A DNA stretch of 64,000 nt from Bugula neritina (Eukaryota > Animalia > Bryozoa). Positions 46,801 through 63,395 of this stretch are shown here, piece after piece (position 1 is the first letter of the stretch; every line of letters begins with the position of its first letter). The translations under genes were made by a program, and so were the position numbers. The stretch spans positions 10,234,480-10,298,479 of the forward strand of contig OZ037771.1 in NCBI GenBank assembly GCA_964035545.1. The letters run 5' to 3'. Below the pieces are notes generated by a model, which was not told where the DNA came from, searched no databases, and was given only the letters and a program-made list of their open reading frames with translations.

Positions 46801-48960
46801 TAATGAAATACACTGCCACATACTGCAACATACTGAACTACACTGTAACATACTAAAAAATACTGCAACATACTAAAATACACTGCAACATCCTGCAACA
46901 TACTTCAACATACTGAAATACACTGTAACATAATGAAATAGACTGCAACACAATGAAATAGACTGCAACAAACTGAAATATACTGCAACAAACTCGAATA
47001 TACTGCAACATACTGAAATATACTGCAACACATCCAAGTACATCGTAATATACGGACATGTACTGTAACATAGTGAAACATACTAAAGCATACTGAAACA
47101 TACTGAAACAAAATTAATTATACTGTAACACCCCTAATAATACTGCAAAATGCTGAAGTATACTGTAACACAGTGAAGTATATGGCAAAATTCTGAAACA
47201 TACTGTAACATACTGAAACATGAGCAATATACTGAAAAATGCCTCAACATATTCAAATATACTGCAAGAGACTGCAACATACGTAAATACACTCTAACAT
47301 ACTGAAATACACTGCAACATACTGCAACATACTGAAATACACTGTAACATACTGTAACATACTGAAATACACTGCAACAAACTGCAACATACTGAAGTAC
47401 ACTGTACATATTGAAAAACACTGCAACAAACTGAAATATACTGCAACACACTGAGATATACTGCAAATTACTGAAAAACACTACAACTCACTGAAGTATA
47501 GTGCAATATACAGAAATATACTGCAACATACTGAAATACACTGTAACATACCGAAATAAGCTGCAACATACTGCAACATACTGAAATACACTGTTTCATA
47601 CTAAAATACACTGCAACATACTAAAATACACTGCAACATTCTGCAACTTTCTGCAACATACTTCAACATACTGAAATACGCTGCAACACATTGAAATATA
47701 CTGCAGCAAACTGAAATATACTGCAACATATTGCAACATACTGAAATACACTGTAACATAATGAAATACACTGCAACACATTGAAATATACCGCAACACA
47801 CTGGAATATACTGCAACATACCCTAACATATTGTAATATACTGAAATATACTGAAATACACTGAAACACATTGAAAAACATTGCAACATACCCAAATATA
47901 TTGTAATATACTTAAATATACTGCAACATACCGCAACATACTGAAATACATTGTAACAAACTGAAATACACTGCAACGCATTGGTATATACTGCGACATA
48001 CCCAAATACGTGGTAATATACTGAAATAATATACTGAAATACACTCTAACACATTGAAAAATACTGCAACATACTGAAAGACACTACAACTCACTGAAGT
48101 ATAGTGTAATATACGGAAATGTACTGTAACATACTGATATTTACTCTAACACACTGAAATATACTGCAACATACTGAAGTACACTGTAACGTACATAAAC
48201 TAACTGCAACATACTGCAACATACTGAATTACACTGTAACATACTAAAATACACTGCAACATTCTGCAACATACTTCAACATACGTAAATACACTGTAAC
48301 ATACTGAAATACACTGCAACAGACTGCAAAATACTGAAGTACACTGTAAATTCTTGAAATACACTGCAACACATTTGAATATACTGAAGCACACTGAAAT
48401 ATACTGCAACATACTGAAATACACTGTAACAGACTGTCACATACTGAAATACACTGCAACATACTGCAACATACTGAAAGACACTACAACTCACTGAAGT
48501 ATAGTGTAATATACGGAAATGTACTGTAACATACTGATATTTACTGCAACACACTGCAACATACTGAAATACACTGTAACATAATGAAATACACTGCAAC
48601 ACATTGAAATATACTGCAACACACTGGAATATACTGCAACACATCCAAGTACATCGTAATATACGGACATGTACTGTAACATACTGTAACATACTGAAAC
48701 ATACTGAAACAAAATGAAATATACTGTAACACACTGAATAATACTGCAAAATGCTGAAATCTACTGTAACACAGTGAAGTATGCTGCAAAATTCTGAAAC
48801 ATACTGTAACATACTAAATTATGAGCAATATACTGAAAAATGCCTCAACATACTCGAATATACTGCAAGATACTGCAACATACGTAAATACACTGTAACA
48901 TTCCGGAAAGCACTGCAACATACTGCAACATACTGAAGTACACTGTAACATAGTGTCATA

Positions 48961-51900
48961 TACTGAAATACACTGCAACAAACTGCAACATACTGAAGTA
49001 CACTGTACATATTGAAAAACACTGCAAAACACTGAAATGTACTGCAACACGCTGAAATATACTGCAAAATACTGAAATATACTTCAACATACTGCAACAT
49101 ACTGTACGACACTACAACTCACTGAAGTATAGTGCAATATACAGAAATGTACTGTAACATACTGATATTTACTGTAACACACTGAAATATACTGCAACAT
49201 ACTGAAATACACTGTAACATACCGAAATAAGCTGCAACATACTGCAACATACTGAAATACACTGTAACATACTAAAATACACTGCAACACATTGGAATAT
49301 ACTGAAGTATGCTGCAACATACTGAAATACACTGTAACAGACTGTCACATACTGAAATACACTGCAACAAACTGCAACATACTCAAGTACACTGTACAGA
49401 TTGAAAAACACTGCAACACACTGAAATGTACTGCAACATACTGAAATACACTGTAACATACCGAAATAAACTGCAACATACCGCAACGTACTGAAATACA
49501 CTGTAACACACTAAAATACACTGCAAAAGTTTGCAACATGCTTCAACATACTGAAATACACTGTAACATAATGAAATACAGTGCAACACATTGAAATATA
49601 CTGCAACACACTGAAATATACTGCAAGATACTGAAATGCACTTCAACATACTGAAAAACACTGCAACATATCGAAGTATATCGTAATATACGGACATGTA
49701 CTGTAGCAGACTGAAACACGCTGAAACATAATGAAACATACTTAAACATACTGAAATACACTGCAACATACTGCAACATACTGAAGTACACTGTAACGTT
49801 TTGAAATACACTGCAACACATTGAAATATACCGCAACACACTGAAATATACTGCAACACATCCAAGTACATCGTAATATAGGGACATGTACTGTAACATA
49901 CTGAAACATACTGAAACATACTGAAACAAAATGAAATATACTGTAACACACTGAGTATTACTGCAAAATGCTGAAATTTACTGTAACACAGTGAAGTATA
50001 CTGCAAAATTCTGAAATATACTGTAAGATACTGAAATATGCCTCAACATACTCAAATATACTGCAAGATACTGCAACATACATAAATACAATGTAACATA
50101 CTGAAATACACTGCAACATACTGCAACATACTGAAGCACACTGTAATATATTGAAGTACACTGCAACACATTGGAACATACTGCAACACACTGAAATATA
50201 CTAAAACATACTGAAATATACTGCAACATACTGCAACATACTGAAATACATTGTAACAAACTGAAATACACTGCAACACATTGGTATATACTGCAACATA
50301 CCCAAATACATGGTAATATACTGAAATATACTGAAATACACTCTAACACATTGAAAAATACTGCAACATACTGAAAGACACTACAACTCACTGAAGTATA
50401 GTGCTATATACGGAAATGTTATGTAACATATTTATATTTACTGTAACACGCTGAAATATACTGCAACATACTGAAATACACTGTAACGTACCGAAATAAA
50501 CTGCAACATACTACAACATACTGAATTACACTGTAACATACTAAATTACACTGCAACATTCTGCAACATACTGAAGTACACTGTAAAATATCGAAATACA
50601 CTGCAACACATTGGAATATCTTACAACACACGGAAATATACAGCAACATACTGAAATATACTGCAACATACTGCAACATACTGAAATACACTGTAACATA
50701 CTGAAATACACTGCAACATACTGCAACATACTGAAATACACTGTTACATACTAAAATACACTGCAACATACTAAAATACACTGCAACATCCTGCAACATC
50801 CTGCAACATTCTGCAACATACTTCAGCATACTGAAATACACTGTAAAATAATCGAATACACTGCAACACATTGAAATATACTGCAACAAACTGAAATATA
50901 CTGTAACATACTGAAATTTACTGCAACATACTGAAATACACTGCAACATATCAAAGTATATCGTAATATATGGACATGTACTGTAACATACTGAAACACA
51001 CTGAAACATACTGAAACATACTGAAACATACTTCAACACACTGAAATATACTAAAATATACTGAAATATACTGCAACATACTGAAATACACTGTAACAAA
51101 CTGAAATACACTGCAATACATTGGAATATACTGCAACATACCCTAATATATTGTAATATACTGAAATATACTGAAATACACTGTAACACATTGAAAAATA
51201 CTGCAACATACTGAAAGACACTACAACTCACTGAAGTATAGTGTAATATACGGAAATGTACTGTAACATACTGACATTCACTGTAACACACTGAAATATA
51301 CTGCAACATACTGAAATACACTGTAACATACCGAAATAAACTGCAACATACCGCAACATACTGAAATACACTGTAACATACTAAAATACACTGCCAAATT
51401 TTGCAACATACTTCAACATACTGAAATACACTGTAACATAATGAAATACAGTGGAACACATAGAAATATACTGCAACACACTGAAATATACTGCAACATA
51501 CTGAAATGTACTTCAACATACTGAAAAACACTGCAACATATCGCAGTATATCGTAATATACGGACATGTACTGTAGCAGACTGAAACACACTGAAACATA
51601 CTGAAACATACTTAAACATACTGAAATACACTGCAACATACTGCAACATACTGAAGTACACTGTAACGTTTTTGAAATACACTGCAACACATTGAAATAT
51701 ACAGCAACACACTGAAATATACTGCAACACATCCAAGTACATCGTAATATACGGACATGTACTGTAACATACTGAAACATACTGAAACAAAATGAAATAT
51801 ACTGTAACACACTGAGTAATACTGCAAAATGCTGAAATATACTGTAACACAGTGAAGTATACTGCAAAATTCTGAAATATACTGTGAGATACTGAAATAA

Positions 51901-54900
51901 GCCTCAACATACTCAAATATACTGCAAGATACTGCAACATACGTAAATACAATGTAACATACTGAAATACACTGCAACATACTGCAACATACTGAAGTAC
52001 ACTGTAATATATTGAACTACACTGCAACACATTGGAATATACTGCAACACACTGAAATATACTAAAACATACTGAAATATACTGCAACATACTGCAACAT
52101 ACTGAAATATACTGTAACAAACTGAAATACACTGCAACACATTGGAATATACTGCAACATACCCTAATATATTGTAATATACTTAAATATACTGCAACAT
52201 ACCGCAACATACTGAAATACATTGTAACAAACTGAAATACACTGCAACACATTGGTATATACTGCAACATACCCAAAAACATGGTAATATACTGAAATAT
52301 ACTGAAATACACTCTAACACATTGAAAAATACTGCAACATACTGAAAGACACTACAACTCACTGAAGTATAGTGTTATATACGGAAATGTTATGTAACAT
52401 ACTGATATTTACTGTAACACGCTGAAATATACTGCAACATACTGAAATACACTGTAACGTACCGAAATAAACTGCAACATACTGCAACATACTGAATTAC
52501 ACAGTAACATACTAAAATACACTGCAACATTCTGCAACATACTTCAACATACTGAAATAGACTGTAACATGATGAAATACACTGCAACATACTGCAACAT
52601 ACTGAAATACACTGTAACATACTGCAACATACTGAAATACACTGTAACAAACTGAAACACTTTGCAACACATTGAAATATACCGCAACACACTGAAATAT
52701 ACTGCAACACATCAAAGTACATCGTAATATACGGACATGTACTGTAGCAGACTGAAACACACTGAAACATACTGAAACATACTTAGACATACTGAAATAC
52801 ACTGCAACATACTGCAACATACTGAAGTACACTGTAACGTTTTGAAATACACTGCAACACATTGGAATATCTTACAACACACTGAAATATACTGCAACAT
52901 ACTGAAATATACTGCAACATACTGCAACATACTGAAATACACTGTAACATACTGCAACATACTGAAATACACTGTAACAAACCGAAATACACTGCAATAC
53001 ATTGAAATATACCGCAACACACTGGAATATACTGCAACACATCCAAGTACATCGTAATATACAGACATGTACTGTAACATACTGAAACATACTGAAACAT
53101 ACTGAAACAAAATGAAATATACTGTAACACACTGAAAAATACTGCAAAATGCTGAAATATACTGTAACACAGTGAAGTATACTGCAAAAATCTGAAACAT
53201 ACTGTAACATACTAAAACATGAGCAATATACTGAAAAATGCTTCAACATACTCAAATATACTGCAAGATACTGCAACATACGTAAATACACTCTAACATA
53301 CTGAAATACACTGCAACATACTGCAACATACTGAAATACACTGTTACATACTAAAATACACTGCAACATACTAAAATACACTGCAACATTCTGCACTCTG
53401 CAACATACTTCAACATACTGAAATACACTGTAAAATAATGAAATACACTGCAACACATTGAAATATACTGCAACAAACTGAAATATACTGTAACATACTG
53501 AAATTTACTGCAACATACTGAAATACACTGCAACATATCAAAGTATATCGTAATATATGGACATGTACTGTAACATACTGAAACACACTGAAACATACTG
53601 AAACATACTGAAACATACTTCAACACACTGAAATATACTAAAATATACTGAAATATACTGCAACATACTGAAATACACTGTAACAAACTGAAATACACTG
53701 CAACACATTGGAATATACTGCAACATACCCTAATATTTTGTAATATACTGAAATATACTGAAATACACTGTAACACATTGAAAAATACTGCAACATACTG
53801 AAAGACACTACAACTCACTGAAGTATAGTGTAATATACGGAAATGTACTGTAACATACTGACATTCACTGTAACACACTGAAATAGACTGCAACATGCTG
53901 AAATACACTGTAACATACCGAAATAAACTGCAACATACCGCAACATACTGAAATACACTGTAGCATACTAAAATACACTGCAAAATTTTGCAACATACTT
54001 CAACATACTGAAATACACTATGACATAATGAAATACAGTGCAACACACTGAAAAGTACTGCAACACACTGAAATATACTGCAACATACTGAAATGTACTT
54101 CAACATACTGAAAAACACTGCAACATATCGCAGTATATCGTAATATACGGACATGTACTGTAGCAGACTGAAACACGCTGAAACATACTGAAACATACTT
54201 AAACATACTGAAATACACTGCAACATACTGCAACATACTGAAGTACACTGTAACGTTTTTGAAATACACTGCAACACATTGAAATATACAGCAACACACT
54301 GAAATATACTGCAACACATCCAAGTACATCGTAATATACGGACATGTACTGTAACATACTGAAACATACTGAAACAAAATGAAATATACTGTAACACACT
54401 GAGTAATACTGCAAAATGCTGAAATATACTGTAACACAGTGAAGTATACTGCAAAATTCTGAAATATACTGTGAGATACTGAAATAAGCCTCAACATACT
54501 CAAATATACTGCAAGATACTGCAACATACGTAAATACAATGTAACATACTGAAATACACTGCAACATACTGCAACATACTGAAGTACACTGTAATATATT
54601 GAACAACACTGCAACACATTGGAATATACCGCAACACACTGAAATATACTAAAACATACTGAAATATACTGCAACATACTGCAACATACTGAAATATACT
54701 GTAACAAACTGAAATACACTGCAACACATTGGAATATACTGCAACATACCCTAATATATTGTAATATACTTAAATATACTGCAACATACCACAACAAACT
54801 GAAACACATTGTAACAAACTGAAATACACTGTAACACATTGGTATATACTGCAACATACCCAAAAACATGGTAATATACTGAAATATACTGAAATACACT

Positions 54901-57900
54901 CTAACACATTGAAATATACTGCAACATACTGAAAGACACTACAACTCACTGAAGTATAGTGTTATATACGGAAATGTTATGTAACATACTGATATTTACT
55001 GTAACAAGCTGAAATATACTGCAACATACTGAAATACACTGTAACGTACCCAAATAAACTGCAACATACTGCAACATACTGAATTACACAGTAACATACT
55101 AAAATACACTGCAACATTCTGCAACATACTTCAACATACTGAAATAGACTGTAACATAATGAAATACACTGCAACATACTGCAACATACTGAAATACACT
55201 GTAACATACTGCAACATACTGAAATACACTGTAACAAACTGAAATACACTGCAACACATTGAAATATACCGCAACACACTGAAATATACTGCAACATACT
55301 GAAACACACTGTAACGTACCGAAATAAACTGCAACATACTGCAACATACTGAATTACACAGTAACATACTAAAATACACTGCAACATTCTGCAACATACT
55401 TCAACATACTGAAATAGACTGTAACATAATGAAATACACTGCAACATACTGCAACATACTGAAATACACTGTAACATACTGCAACATACTGAAATACACT
55501 GTAACAAACTGAAACACTCTGCAACACATTGAAATATACCGCAACACACTGAAATATACTGCAACACATCCAAGTACATCGTAATATACGGACATGTACT
55601 GTAGCAGACTGAAACACACTGAAACATACTGAAACATACTTAAACATACTGAAATACACTGCAACATACTGCAACATACTGAAGTACACTGTAACGTTTT
55701 GAAATACACTGCAACACATTGGAATATCTTACAACACACTGAAATATACTGCAACATACTGAAATATACTGCAACATACTGCAACATACTGAAATACACT
55801 GTAACATACTGCAACATACTGAAATACACTGTAACAAACCGAAATACACTGCAATACATTGAAATATACCGCAACACACTGGAATATACTGCAACACATC
55901 CAAGTACATCGTAATATACAGACATGTACTGTAACATACTGAAACATACTGAAACATACTGAAACAAAATGAAATATACTGTAACACACTGAATAATACT
56001 GCAAAATGCTGAAATATACTGTAACACAGTGAAGTATACTGCAAAAATCTGAAACATACTGCAACATACTAAAACATGAGCAATATACTGAAAAATGCTT
56101 CAACATACTCAAATATACTGCAAGATACTGCAACATACGTAAATACACTGTAACATACTGAAATACACTGCAACATACTGCAACATACTGAAGTACACTG
56201 TACATATTGAAAAACACTGCAAAACACTGAAATGTACTGCAACGCGCTGAAATATACTGCAAAATACTGAAATATACTTCAACATACTGCAACATACTGT
56301 ACGACACTACAACTCACTGAAGTATAGTGCAATATACAGAAATGTACTGTAACATACTGATATTTACTGTAACACACTGAAATATACTGCAACATACTGA
56401 AATACACTGTAACATACCGAAATAAGCTGCAACATACTGCAACATACTGAAATACACTGTAACATACTAAAATACACTGCAATACATTGGAATATACTGA
56501 AGTATGCTGCAACATACTGAAATACACTGTAACAGACTGTCACATACTGAAATACACTGCAACAAACTGCAACATACTCAAGTACACTGTACAGATTGAA
56601 AAACACTGCAACACACTGAAATGTACTGCAACATACTGAAATACACTGTAACATACCGAAATAAACTGCAACATACCGCAACGTACTGAAATACACTGTA
56701 ACACACTAAAATACACTGCAAAAGTTTGCAACATGCTTCAACATACTGAAATACACTGTAACATAATGAAATACAGTGCAACACATTGAAATATACTGCA
56801 ACACACTGAAATATACTGCAAGATACTGAAATGCACTTCAACATACTGAAAAACACTGCAACATATCGAAGTATATCGTAATATACGGACATGTACTGTA
56901 GCAGACTGAAACACGCTGAAACATAATGAAACATACTTAAACATACTGAAATACACTGCAACATACTGCAACATACTGAAGTACACTGTAACGTTTTGAA
57001 ATACACTGCAACACATTGAAATATACCGCAACACACTGAAATATACTGCAACACATCCAAGTACATCGTAATATACGGACATGTACTGTAACATACTGAA
57101 ACATACTGAAACATACTGAAACAAAATGAAATATACTGTAACACACTGAGTATTACTGCAAAATGCTGAAATTTACTGTAACACAGTGAAGTATACTGCA
57201 AAATTCTGAAATATACTGTAAGATACTGAAATATGCCTCAACATACTCAAATATACTGCAAGATACTGCAACATACATAAATACAATGTAACATACTGAA
57301 ATACACTGCAACATACTGCAACATACTGAAGCACACTGTAATATATTGAAGTACACTGCAACACATTGGAACATACTGCAACACACTGAAATATACTAAA
57401 ACATACTGAAATATACTGCAACATACTGCAACATACTGAAATACATTGTAACAAACTGAAATACACTGCAACACATTGGTATATACTGCAACATACCCAA
57501 ATACATGGTAATATACTGAAATATACTGAAATACACTCTAACACATTGAAAAATACTGCAACATACTGAAAGACACTACAACTCACTGAAGTATAGTGCT
57601 ATATACGGAAATGTTATGTAACATATTTATATTTACTGTAACACGCTGAAATATACTGCAACATACTGAAATACACTGTAACGTACCGAAATAAACTGCA
57701 ACATACTACAACATACTGAATTACACTGTAACATACTAAATTACACTGCAACATTCTGCAACATACTGAAGTATACTGTAAAATATCGAAATACACTGCA
57801 ACACATTGGAATATCTTACAACACACGGAAATATACAGCAACATACTGAAATATACTGCAACATACTGCAACATACTGAAATACACTGTAACATACTGAA

Positions 57901-60900
57901 ATACACTGCAACATACTGCAACATACTGAAATACACTGTTACATACTAAAATACACTGCAACATACTAAAATACACTGCAACATCCTGCAACATCCTGCA
58001 ACATTCTGCAACATACTTCAGCATACTGAAATACACTGTAAAATAATCAAATACACTGCAACACATTGAAATATACTGCAACAAACTGAAATATACTGTA
58101 ACATACTGAAATTTACTGCAACATACTGAAATACACTGCAACATATCAAAGTATATCGTAATATATGGACATGTACTGTAACATACTGAAACACACTGAA
58201 ACATACTGAAACATACTGAAACATACTTCAACACACTGAAATATACTAAAATATACTGAAATATACTGCAACATACTGAAATACACTGTAACAAACTGAA
58301 ATACACTGCAATACATTGGAATATACTGCAACATACCCTAATATATTGTAATATACTGAAATATACTGAAATACACTGTAACACATTGAAAAATACTGCA
58401 ACATACTGAAAGACACTACAACTCACTGAAGTATAGTGTAATATACGGAAATGTACTGTAACATACTGACATTCACTGTAACACACTGAAATATACTGCA
58501 ACATACTGAAATACACTGTAACATACCGAAATAAACTGCAACATACCGCAACATACTGAAATACACTGTAACATACTAAAATACACTGCCAAATTTTGCA
58601 ACATACTTCAACATACTGAAATACACTGTAACATAATGAAATACAGTGGAACACATAGAAATATACTGCAACACACTGAAATATACTGCAACATACTGAA
58701 ATGTACTTCAACATACTGAAAAACACTGCAACATATCGCAGTATATCGTAATATACGGACATGTACTGTAGCAGACTGAAACACACTGAAACATACTGAA
58801 ACATACTTAAACATACTGAAATACACTGCAACATACTGCAACATACTGAAGTACACTGTAACGTTTTTGAAATACACTGCAACACATTGAAATATACAGC
58901 AACACACTGAAATATACTGCAACACATCCAAGTACATCGTAATATACGGACATGTACTGTAACATACTGAAACATACTGAAACAAAATGAAATATACTGT
59001 AACACACTGAGTAATACTGCAAAATGCTGAAATATACTGTAACACAGTGAAGTATACTGCAAAATTCTGAAATATACTGTGAGATACTGAAATAAGCCTC
59101 AACATACTCAAATATACTGCAAGATACTGCAACATACGTAAATACAATGTAACATACTGAAATACACTGCAACATACTGCAACATACTGAAGTACACTGT
59201 AATATATTGAACTACACTGCAACACATTGGAATATACTGCAACACACTGAAATATACTAAAACATACTGAAATATACTGCAACATACTGCAACATACTGA
59301 AATATACTGTAACAAACTGAAATACACTGCAACACATTGGAATATACTGCAACATACCCTAATATATTGTAATATACTTAAATATACTGCAACATACCGC
59401 AACATACTGAAATACATTGTAACAAACTGAAATACACTGCAACACATTGGTATATACTGCAACATACCCAAAAACATGGTAATATACTGAAATATACTGA
59501 AATACACTCTAACACATTGAAAAATACTGCAACATACTGAAAGACACTACAACTCACTGAAGTATAGTGTTATATACGGAAATGTTATGTAACATACTGA
59601 TATTTACTGTAACACGCTGAAATATACTGCAACATACTGAATTACACTGTAACGTACCGAAATAAACTGCAACATACTGCAACATACTGAATTACACAGT
59701 AACATACTAAAATACACTGCAACATTCTGCAACATACTTCAACATACTGAAATAGACTGTAACATGATGAAATACACTGCAACATACTGCAACATACTGA
59801 AATACACTGTAACATACTGCAACATGCTGAAATACACTGTAACAAACTGAAACACTTTGCAACACATTGAAATATACCGCAACACACTGAAATATACTGC
59901 AACACATCAAAGTACATCGTAATATACGGACATGTACTGTAGCAGACTGAAACACACTGAAACATACTGAAACATACTTAGACATACTGAAATACACTGC
60001 AACATACTGCAACATACTGAAGTACACTGTAACGTTTTGAAATACACTGCAACACATTGGAATATCTTACAACACACTGAAATATACTGCAACATACTGA
60101 AATATACTGCAACATACTGCAACATACTGAAATACACTGTAACATACTGCAACATACTGAAATACACTGTAACAAACCGAAATACACTGCAATACATTGA
60201 AATATACCGCAACACACTGGAATATACTGCAACACATCCAAGTACATCGTAATATACAGACATGTACTGTAACATACTGAAACATACTGAAACATACTGA
60301 AACAAAATGAAATATACTGTAACACACTGAAAAATACTGCAAAATGCTGAAATATACTGTAACACAGTGAAGTATACTGCAAAAATCTGAAACATACTGT
60401 AACATACTAAAACATGAGCAATATACTGAAAAATGCTTCAACATACTCAAATATACTGCAAGATACTGCAACATACGTAAATACACTGTAACATACTGAA
60501 ATACACTGCAACATACTGCAACATACTGAAATACACTGTTACATACTAAAATACACTGCAACATACTAAAATACACTGCAACATTCTGCACTCTGCAACA
60601 TACTTCAACATACTGAAATACACTGTAAAATAATGAAATACACTGCAACACATTGAAATATACTGCAACAAACTGAAATATACTGTAACATACTGAAATT
60701 TACTGCAACATACTGAAATACACTGCAACATATCAAAGTATATCGTAATATATGGACATGTACTGTAACATACTGAAACACACTGAAACATACTGAAACA
60801 TACTGAAACATACTTCAACACACTGAAATATACTAAAATATACTGAAATATACTGCAACATACTGAAATACACTGTAACAAACTGAAATACACTGCAACA

Positions 60901-63395
60901 CATTGGAATATACTGCAACATACCCTAATATTTTGTAATATACTGAAATATACTGAAATACACTGTAACACATTGAAAAATACTGCAACATACTGAAAGA
61001 CACTACAACTCACTGAAGTATAGTGTAATATACGGAAATGTACTGTAACATACTGACATTCACTGTAACACACTGAAATATACTGCAACATGCTGAAATA
61101 CACTGTAACATACCGAAATAAACTGCAACATACCGCAACATACTGAAATACACTGTAGCATACTAAAATACACTGCAAAATTTTGCAACATACTTCAACA
61201 TACTGAAATACACTATGACATAATGAAATACAGTGCAACACACTGAAAAGTACTGCAACACACTGAAATATACTGCAACATACTGAAATGTACTTCAACA
61301 TACTGAAAAACACTGCAACATATCGCAGTATATCGTAATATACGGACATGTACTGTAGCAGACTGAAACACGCTGAAACATACTGAAACATACTTAAACA
61401 TACTGAAATACACTGCAACATACTGCAACATACTGAAGTACACTGTAACGTTTTTGAAATACACTGCAACACATTGAAATATACAGCAACACACTGAAAT
61501 ATACTGCAACACATCCAAGTACATCGTAATATACGGACATGTACTGTAACATACTGAAACATACTGAAACAAAATGAAATATACTGTAACACACTGAGTA
61601 ATACTGCAAAATGCTGAAATATACTGGAACACAGTGAAGTATACTGCAAAATTCTGAAATATACTGTGAGATACTGAAATAAGCCTCAACATACTCAAAT
61701 ATACTGCAAGATACTGCAACATACGTAAATACAATGTAACATACTGAAATACACTGCAACATACTGCAACATACTGAAGTACACTGTAATATATTGAACA
61801 ACACTGCAACACATTGGAATATACTGCAACACACTGAAATATACTAAAACATACTGAAATATACTGCAACATACTGCAACATACTGAAATATACTGTAAC
61901 AAACTGAAATACACTGCAACACATTGGAATATACTGCAACATACCCTAATATATTGTAATATACTTAAATATACTGCAACATACCACAACAAACTGAAAC
62001 ACATTGTAACAAACTGAAATACACTGTAACACATTGGTATATACTGCAACATACCCAAAAACATGGTAATATACTGAAATATACTGAAATACACTCTAAC
62101 ACATTGAAATATACTGCAACATACTGAAAGACACTACAACTCACTGAAGTATAGTGTTATATACGGAAATGTTATGTAACATACTGATATTTACTGTAAC
62201 AAGCTGAAATATACTGCAACATACTGAAATACACTGTAACGTACCCAAATAAACTGCAACATACTGCAACATACTGAATTACACAGTAACATACTAAAAT
62301 ACACTGCAACATTCTGCAACATACTTCAACATACTGAAATAGACTGTAACATAATGAAATACACTGCAACATACTGCAACATACTGAAATACACTGTAAC
62401 ATACTGCAACATACTGAAATACACTGTAACAAACTGAAATACACTGCAACACATTGAAATATACCGCAACACACTGAAATATACTGCAACATACTGAAAT
62501 ACACTGTAACGTACCGAAATAAACTGCAACATACTGCAACATACTGAATTACACAGTAACATACTAAAATACACTGCAACATTCTGCAACATACTTCAAC
62601 ATACTGAAATAGACTGTAACATAATGAAATACACTGCAACATACTGCAACATACTGAAATACACTGTAACATACTGCAACATACTGAAATACACTGTAAC
62701 AAACTGAAACACTCTGCAACACATTGAAATATACCGCAACACACTGAAATATACTGCAACACATCCAAGTACATCGTAATATACGGACATGTACTGTAGC
62801 AGACTGAAACACACTGAAACATACTGAAACATACTTAAACATACTGAAATACACTGCAACATACTGCAACATACTGAAGTACACTGTAACGTTTTGAAAT
62901 ACACTGCAACACATTGGAATATCTTACAACACACTGAAATATACTGCAACATACTGAAATATACTGCAACATACTGCAACATACTGAAATACACTGTAAC
63001 ATACTGCAACATACTGAAATACACTGTAACAAACCGAAATACACTGCAATACATTGAAATATACCGCAACACACTGGAATATACTGCAACACATCCAAGT
63101 ACATCGTAATATACAGACATGTACTGTAACATACTGAAACATACTGAAACATTCTGAAACAAAATGAAATATACTGTAACACACTGAATAATACTGCAAA
63201 ATGCTGAAATATACTGTAACACAGTGAAGTATACTGCAAAAATCTGAAACATACTGCAACATACTAAAACATGAGCAATATACTGAAAAATGCTTCAACA
63301 TACTCAAATATACTGCAAGATACTGCAACATACGTAAATACACTGTAACATACTGAAATACACTGCAACATACTGCAACATACTGAAGTACACTG
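48961..63395 (+). repeat. 7195-bp near-identical tandem duplication (two copies)
   Basis: A constant 7195 offset between matching ORFs across the block (49084/56279, 50419/57614, 52842/60037, 54977/62172, 55729/62924), with only scattered substitutions. The junction is at ~56155. Confidence 0.92.
50691..56155 (+). repeat. ~2.59-kb tandem pair nested inside the 7195-bp unit; second copy has an extra 270-bp duplication
   Basis: Offsets of 2587 (50823/53410, 51612/54199, 52390/54977) become 2857 (52783/55640, 52842/55699) after a 270-bp local duplication (55099/55369, 55131/55401). Confidence 0.85.
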
